From Balanoglossus misakiensis (Eukaryota > Animalia > Hemichordata): a stretch of 64,000 nt of DNA. The notes under the pieces were generated by a model, which worked only from the letters and a program-made list of their open reading frames with translations, ran no database searches and had not been told where the DNA came from. Within the stretch, counting starts at the first letter, position 1. Each line of letters begins with the position of its first letter. The DNA lies in the NCBI GenBank assembly GCA_040954595.2, contig CM082590.2:8867764-8931763 (forward strand). The letters are read 5' to 3'. The position numbers and the translations under genes were made by a program. This document shows positions 57,066-64,000 of this stretch, one piece after another.

Positions 57066-60000
57066 ACATCATCATCATCATCATCATTTTATTGCCATAT
57101 CTTAAAACTGACATCTGAACATTATACAGTTCAAATACCACAAAGTAATTTGCACTTGCTGAAAAAAAAATAGCCCAAAGTTCTAGGTTTTGGACCTTGA
57201 ATCCTAAAATTGTTCATTTATGTGCCGGGTGTCTATCAAGGTCAGTCGAAAAACCACCTGTTGACGTTCATTCACCATATTTGGTAAAGTCTACTCGCAG
57301 GAATGCATTCCTCCCTGGAAGGTCACGCCCTTTGACCTCGGGTGACCCATCAATCACTGGGGTAGATCAGAAATACCTATGTAGTGGTGATATCTGTTGT
57401 ATTAGTAGGTGGTACTTCACAACTCATTCATGCGGTCGATAGCAGATAAACAATTCAGTTTGTCTTGCGTGCGGTAGTTTATTAACATTCAGGGCGATAA
57501 CGCAGGTATTTTAATGATATTCCTGCAAGCCCTGGAGGATTAAAATAAATACAAATCTAGACATTATCATTATCAAGAGCATTCGATCTGATTATAGAGA
57601 ATATACGTGTATGTCATGTAGTAGGAGAGTGTGCCGTCTTTGGCATGTTCGTACCTCAATATCAAGACTTTAACCCTTTCACCGCCATGGTTCAGTCAAA
57701 TTTTAGTATGTTTGCCTTTAATGTATCTACTGCAGTTCCTTAATTGTTCTAAAAGCCTTACTCTACTCCAAACAGCATGCTAATTAATATACCCAGTACT
57801 TAGCTTGTCAACATAGCCTGTATGTGCGTAATAAAAATGTTATTTTTCTCTACAATTAACCATGTTCTGATTTCTTGCAGACTGGCCGTATAGAGGTGAA
57901 CATGCCAAAGGTCACAGGTCATCGTGGCACTGTACTGGACATCAAGTGGGACCCGTTTGACGATAATGTCATTGCTTCATGCTCTGATGATGCCACGGTA
58001 ATTTATTAATTAATTAATAAAGGGATTGTCGCAAATGAAAATCTTTCATTTAGATCATAACACCCTCCTCTAAGGGAAACTTTTTGTTGCTATTACAAAA
58101 TATTCACGATAGCATCAAACTTGCGATGAAATTACTGCACAATCACTAATGTAAAATAGCATTTTGGATCTCAAGTACTCTCAGAAAAACTCAAGGAAGA
58201 TCCAGGAACTTGCAATTACATCTCAATCCTGCGTTTTCACTTTTTTTTATCCTACATACAGCATTCCTCGCTTGAATGTTTATTTGAAGTACAGGTCAAA
58301 AACATGTCAAGATTTTACTGCAATGGATGTTTCATTTTAAACTTTTTTTTACAGATTAAACTTTGGTACATACCCGATGGTGGGCTGGTGGACAACATCA
58401 CAGATTGTCTTGTCAATCTTCGAGGACATCAACGTAGGATTGGCTTCATTGAATGGCATCCCACTGCTAGTAATATCTTAGCTAGTGCTGGTTATGATTA
58501 TAAGGTTAGTAAAGATTGGTTAGTAAAGATTAGTGAGTGGTTAGTAACCAGTGTTCCAACCAGGATGGCATAGACAGGTGGGATATGTCCTGTTTGCCAG
58601 AGTATTTGAGGAGGGATGGGGTGTTGATTAGGAGGACATTAAAGGGGAGGGTGGCCTGAACTGCAGGTGATGTTTTGTTCAACAAAAGAATTTATTTGCA
58701 TGTATGTAGAGGGCTTAACACAAGAACTGCACTGTTGCAACAGAGGTGGTTTTCAAAGTGCAATTGTATTTAGTTATCGATTTTCTCAAGTTATCTTTTA
58801 TTTCCTATACCTGTAGGTTAATTTTTAAAAAAGATTATTGATTTGAATTAAAATCTGCTCTAGAAATACAAGGGTTACCGAGAAACATAACTCGTAAATT
58901 AATTTCTGTGTAATGTCAAAATTACAAAGATTTTTGCAGTCAGGGAACTGTTGCAATGATAATAATGAACCAAATTGTGTTTTCTTTTTCAGGCCATAAT
59001 TTGGAATGTTGAAAGAGCTGAAGCCATCACCTATATCAAATGCCACACAGACACTATTTATAGCTTGTCGTTCAACAACGATGGCAGTCTCCTAGCAACC
59101 ACGTGTAAAGACAAGAAAATCAGGATTCTAGATCCAAGAACTGGTGAATTAGTTAAGGTGAGATGTTTGAGATGAAGATTTGTCCTTGAAAGCAACGGCA
59201 AGGAACATTTGTAATTTTTGATCAATACCAAAATTGCAACATGGTCATATGCCCGTATACAGGGCAAGAGTTGAGTCATGACGACCAATCGTAGAGCATA
59301 TTTAATGAGGAGAACAACATAAACAGCTTACACTACCATATTTGGTCCAGAACTATTATTGTTTGTGGTCACGATAAGTTGGAATGATAGTAGGAAACAG
59401 ATGGAACGGTAAAGATTTCTTTTGGCGAAAATAGGAGATATGAAATAAATGTGGATTGTCATAGCAAAATAGTACTCCATGTCATCTTTTTGTCGTTCTT
59501 TTTTGTATACAGGAAGTACCTGGACATCAGGGTAGCAAGTCGTCTAAGGCTATCTTTATAAGTGACCTCAACAAACTGGCAACCACTGGATTCTCAAGAA
59601 TGTGTGACCGACAATTTGCAGTGTGGGATCTGGTAAAGTCAATTTTATTATGTGTTTTTAGAAAAATATAATTCTCCTTAAAGTTAAAAGTATAATGGAA
59701 AGCTTTATAAAGGGGTTATTACAATTCGTGTAATAACCAGTAAATATTTGTTTGTTTACAGGATGATATGTCCAAGCCTGAAAGAATAGAAAATATAGAC
59801 GCTGGTTCCGGAACTCTTCTACCGTACTATGACAGAGACAATCATATCATGTTCCTGGCTGGAAAGGTACGCACAGTCAAGCAGATTCACAACCAAGACT
59901 ATTTAGCACAACCCTGTTGAAGGGACGAAGTCTCTCTCTCGCTGCCCTTTTTCCATTAATTATATTTGATTCAAGACACTGTTTATATTATTCTGCATGT

Positions 60001-62758
60001 GGATATATAGTGAATCAACGCTCGACCACACACAACTTCCATCCTGTTTGTAGACACGAGAGTGAAAACTTGCCAAAATGAATAATTGGTGTTTACCATG
60101 TATTCATTTTGGTAGGATTTTTACTCTCATATCCTACAAACGGGATGGAAATTGTATGTCGTTGAATGTTGATTCTTTGTCCCTTTAATAGAAAATGGGC
60201 AGCGAGAGAGAGACTTTGTCCCTTTAATGCAAGTTTGTGTCAGCATAGATGATTTTATACAGTGCTTGGAACACAGATGTAATGGACTGAATTGTTTTAG
60301 TGTCAACGCAAATCTTGCTTTATTTTCCATTTCTTTCAAGATTTGCACATTTTCCTGAAAATTCACACACCTAAAATCTTACACGCTGGATACAGCACTG
60401 ACAGATGGTAGCATAACATATTCATTTTTTTCCATTGCCAGGGCGATGGCAATATTCGTTACTACGAGGTCGTCAATGATGGCACTGGCTATCATTATCT
60501 ATCCGAGTATAGATCCTCCTCCCCCCAGCGAGGTCTTGGCTCCTTGCCAAAAAGAGGTCTGGATGTGACAAAGTGTGAGATTATGCGATTCTACAAACTA
60601 CATTCTGTGGCTGGGATGGTGGAACCTGTGGCTATGATCGTACCACGTAAGGTGAGAGCACACTGTCTTTTTTTACCCATTCAGTGCCAAAATCAATTTG
60701 TCATTTTTTTTCAAAATAAACCCATAATTTTTTCTGCGTTTTGGTAGAATTTTGATCAAGCACTATTAACAGTGGAAAGGTATGCCCACTTGGTCCAAAA
60801 TTAGGCAAAAATTTAGAGAAAAATATAAGAAAAGGAGAAATAAATGTTGCAGGAAAAATCATGGCATCCAAAGATTTAGGATTCATGTTATTAATATAGG
60901 AGATAGGAAGATTGAATTTCATTTGTATTTGTTGTTTTTCAGTCTGACATGTTCCAAGATGATATTTATCCGGACACAGCCGCACCAGTGCCGGCCTTGA
61001 CAGCGGAAGAGTGGATATCCGGGATAAACCGCGATCCGGTCATGATGTCAATGCAGGAAGGACATGATGTCTTCACACCGCCCTCTGCAGTGGATTTCAG
61101 GCCAGGGTCGATCACCAATGGGGTTATCGAGAACAGGGATAACAAGGCCATGCAGGACTATCGGCCGGTTGTGGACGCAGGGTATTACAGCCATAGCAAG
61201 CAACGGTCGCAACAAGATCAAGGCCAAATCGTCCAATCACCTCCGAGCGAAACGCGAGCTGACGCAGGATTCTTCCGTCGCTCAGTATCGCAAGACAAAC
61301 AAGCAGCACACAGGGCAGATGCGGGTTTCCAGCAGAAGACGAGAGAACACCAACAAGATTTTGTGTTTCAAGACAAGCAGTCGCACTTTGACGAGAGTCG
61401 CGAGTTTCAAGAAAAGACGCCCTCGCCGCAAGACGGGGATGTAAATTCGAAGCAAGGCTCGGCACCGGGCGGGAGGATGCGCTTCAAGACTAGACAGCGC
61501 CAGTTTGAAGGTGAATCGGAACCGGTGAAAATGCCGGCTGCTGAAGTCAAAGTATTTCGTAGCAACCGCACGTTTCAGGAAACCCACGCCTTCCCGACGG
61601 AGACCAGTTCCGAGGAAGCGAAAACGTACCAGGAAGTGACGGAATTTATCCAAACCGAACAGGTTCCGCAGTTTGTCGCGGAAGAGAGCGACGACAAACG
61701 TTCTCCGGAGAGACTTCGCAGAGGGCAGTGGCGACACACGCAACCAGTCACGGTCAACGAGCTTGCAGATGTCGAAAACAGAACACAAAAACCGCCATCA
61801 CCGAAACGATTTCGACAGCGTCCTAAATCAGATTCGCCACCCGAGGGAGAGAATGCAGAAAATGTGTTTGATGCATATGATGACGATTTGGATAAACTGA
61901 AAAGTGTGCATGAGCGGCGTCGGTCCTTCGAACCCGCGAAAACCCGCGAGTCGCGAACGCATGACTACAAGAGACGCACACAGAGCGAAGACTTGGAACC
62001 TAGAAACGTAGGCGACCAAAGCGAGGGGCGTAAGGTTGAAGTTCTAGAGGGCGCTACCCGGCAACTGGTGATCATCAGCCCTGGTGATTCTGTCTCCGAG
62101 GAAGAAGAGACCGCGATTCCCCAACCGCAAGTCGCAGCACCAGTGACGAAGTCCGAACCGCCCGAGGAAGAGCCCTCACAGTACGGATCTGGATCCTACG
62201 TTTCCCGCACACGGACAACTCTGATATCCAAATTCGGCGGAACTGTCAACCAGACGCAGCCAAGCGATCAAACATCCATCAGGAAAACTGAAGCGGATCT
62301 GACCAATGCTGATCAGGTACGTATCAGAAATACCCGAGTAAATCTGTTGGTTTTTCCAGACCAAGTAGCATCGATTTAGCAGCAATAAAAAGACCCATCA
62401 GCCCAGACTCAACTAGCCCACCAGTTCAATGTCAGTTTATTGTTCATTTATTTTGTTATCCAGGTATAATTTTCAAGACAGCTTGTCACAGTTGTAGCAT
62501 GTAGATATAAAATTAATACATGTGCATTCACCAAAAAATACAAATTTTATTCCTACTGTAATTTTTGTCATGTTAGTCCCTTTATGTTAAATCCTAAATC
62601 ACAAAAACACCAAATAATTGTTTATTGTTACTTTTTTTCAGTTACGTAAGGCCTACCTTCGCCAACAAGACGAAATTCGTCGACTGAAAGCTGAGGTGGC
62701 GAGTCGCGACAGAAGAATACGACAACTAGAGAGTGAGTTGGAGGAACTGAGACAGTGA
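53736..62758 (+). CDS. CORO2: Type II coronin (CORO2A/2B-like), WD40 propeller + long unique region + coiled coil, 9 exons, ~852 aa
   Basis: Exons 53736-53936, 57881-57997, 58355-58504, 58993-59157, 59513-59632, 59762-59866, 60442-60651, 60943-62316, 62642-62758. Motifs: RTSKYRHVYG, FCAVNPKFMAVVTETAGGGSFLV, WHPTASNILASAGYD, AGKGDGNIRYYE, VPRKSDMFQDDIYPDT. The C-terminal LRQQDEIRRLKAEVASRDRRIRQLE resembles the CORO2 coiled coil. Confidence 0.95.
54122..54206. mobile_element. 85-bp family B mini-element
   Basis: TTAA|CCCTTTCACC...GGTGAAAGGG|TTAA, with a perfect 10-bp TIR. Confidence 0.85.
54249..54832. mobile_element. Family A MITE with tandemly triplicated right end
   Basis: TTAA flanks. The ~119-bp right terminal segment ending GAGACTTTGTCC occurs three times, ending near 54592, 54711 and 54830. 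Confidence 0.88.
56259..56530. mobile_element. Family A MITE, right end truncated
   Basis: Begins AGGGACAAAGTCTCTCTCTCGCTGCCC and follows the family sequence to about 56530. Confidence 0.82.
56862..57087. repeat. Compound (CAT)n/(CAC)n microsatellite in a coronin intron
   Basis: Read directly from the sequence. Confidence 0.97.
59921..60223. mobile_element. Family A MITE with rearranged/duplicated right terminus
   Basis: TTGA|AGGGACGAAGTCTCTCTCTC start. Two CTTTGTCCCT|TTAA ends, at 60184 and 60223. Confidence 0.82.
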
Positions 62759-62946
62759 GATTTCTTCTGCAACTGAGGCGTACGATCAAAGAAACGATCA
62801 AAAATTGTAAATGATAGAAATTTTAGTTGGATTTTAGTGCATGTATCTGTTTTTAGTTAGTACGGAAGGAGACTGTGTCATACCAGCATTGTTTGATCTC
62901 TTAACCAGGGTGTCGTAAAATGTTGTTCAGAAAATGACTGGGTGTA

Positions 62947-63246
62947 CAGGGCTCGACATACCAGTAAATGATTGTCCAGTTGTTTGGGTCAATGCAGACT
63001 GGAAATTTTTTGGCTATGTCAGCCAAGAGACATAATCTTTTTGAAACTTTCTATTGTAGTGTAGAGGGCACTTTGTTTTATCTAGTTTCTTCTTTAGTAC
63101 ATATTTTTTACTTTTTCTTTTTAATATCATTGTAAAAATATCAGTGTATTTTTTAGAAATCCACGACGGCTTGGATCTAAAACTTTTTTTCTGAAAGCTA
63201 AGGTTTTGTCCAGACAAGTGGTTTCATAAGTTGATGTCGAGCCCTG
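62947..63246. mobile_element. hAT-like MITE downstream of the coronin stop
   Basis: 13-bp TIR CAGGGCTCGACAT...ATGTCGAGCCCTG. No clear 8-bp TSD. Confidence 0.6.
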
Positions 63247-64000
63247 TTAATCGTAAGCAAGCCACACTCTGATTTCTTCAGCCTTCTGTAAACCCACCCT
63301 CTGCAATTTCAGTTTGAACACCCCTACTCTGAACTTGGAATGATCCCACTTTCTGTAAAAGGAAGGCTGACTGGCAGATCAAATGTTTAAAAACATAAAA
63401 ACGTGTTTTTTTGTAAAATTGTCAATTCCAAGTATCGTTTTGTCAAGATATATTTTTGTACTTATTTTTCCGATGTTCATGCTTGCCAAGATGGTTGAGG
63501 AAATGAACAAGAAATCGAACAAACTGTCAAACCTAGTGACTACATGTCAATGGTCACTAGGGGTCAAAGATTTTGGATCATTGCGTTATGTTTCGTGTTC
63601 TTAATAATTTATATTTCTGTTTCTGTCCAGTGTAAATTTTACGACAGAGTTTTAATTGTTCTGGAAATCACAGAAATTCCTGTTGCCATAGTAATTTGAT
63701 CTTGTCAGAGTTGAGCAGACCAGCTACTCTTTTGGCAGAAGGCATGATATTGATTTGTGAAAAAGTTTTTTTTTAGATAAACTATAGCTAGATTAGAGTT
63801 TTTTCCATAAGCAGGGAAAATCTGGTTTTGTTCCCAGAACAATGTTGGTATGGGAATAACTATAAGAATCGCTGAATATTTGCAGGTTTGTGAAGTAATT
63901 TTTCTTTCAGTACAGAAATTAATTGAAGTGTGCTTGTCTTTGGAAGCTCTGGTATTGCACTAGCAAGCCGTAAAAATGAAATTTTTTGGCATTTTTTATT

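Noticed and set aside
61064-62019. Overlapping and antisense ORFs within the big coronin exon
   Set aside because: Shadow frames of a GC-richer coding exon.

Overview
AT-rich, intron-rich animal genomic DNA with GT-AG splicing, many microsatellites and TTAA/TA-target MITEs. It is most likely a marine invertebrate deuterostome such as an acorn worm, but the taxon is an inference only. I assembled five conserved genes by hand from splice sites, and each gives an open reading frame: guanine deaminase (-, 13 exons), pyruvate kinase (-, 10 coding exons), phosphoserine aminotransferase (-, 10 exons), HDDC3/MESH1 (+, 3 exons) and a type II coronin (+, 9 exons, with an unusually large unique region). 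Candidates I do not recognise are a compact two-exon 161-aa gene just after HDDC3, a possible multi-exon non-coding transcript running divergently from HDDC3 towards PSAT1, and stop-riddled antisense ORF relics in two PSAT1 introns. A 205-bp MITE in HDDC3 intron 1 carries head-to-head telomeric repeats. I found no rRNA, tRNA or CRISPR features. No previously undescribed system is demonstrated; the best leads are in the findings.
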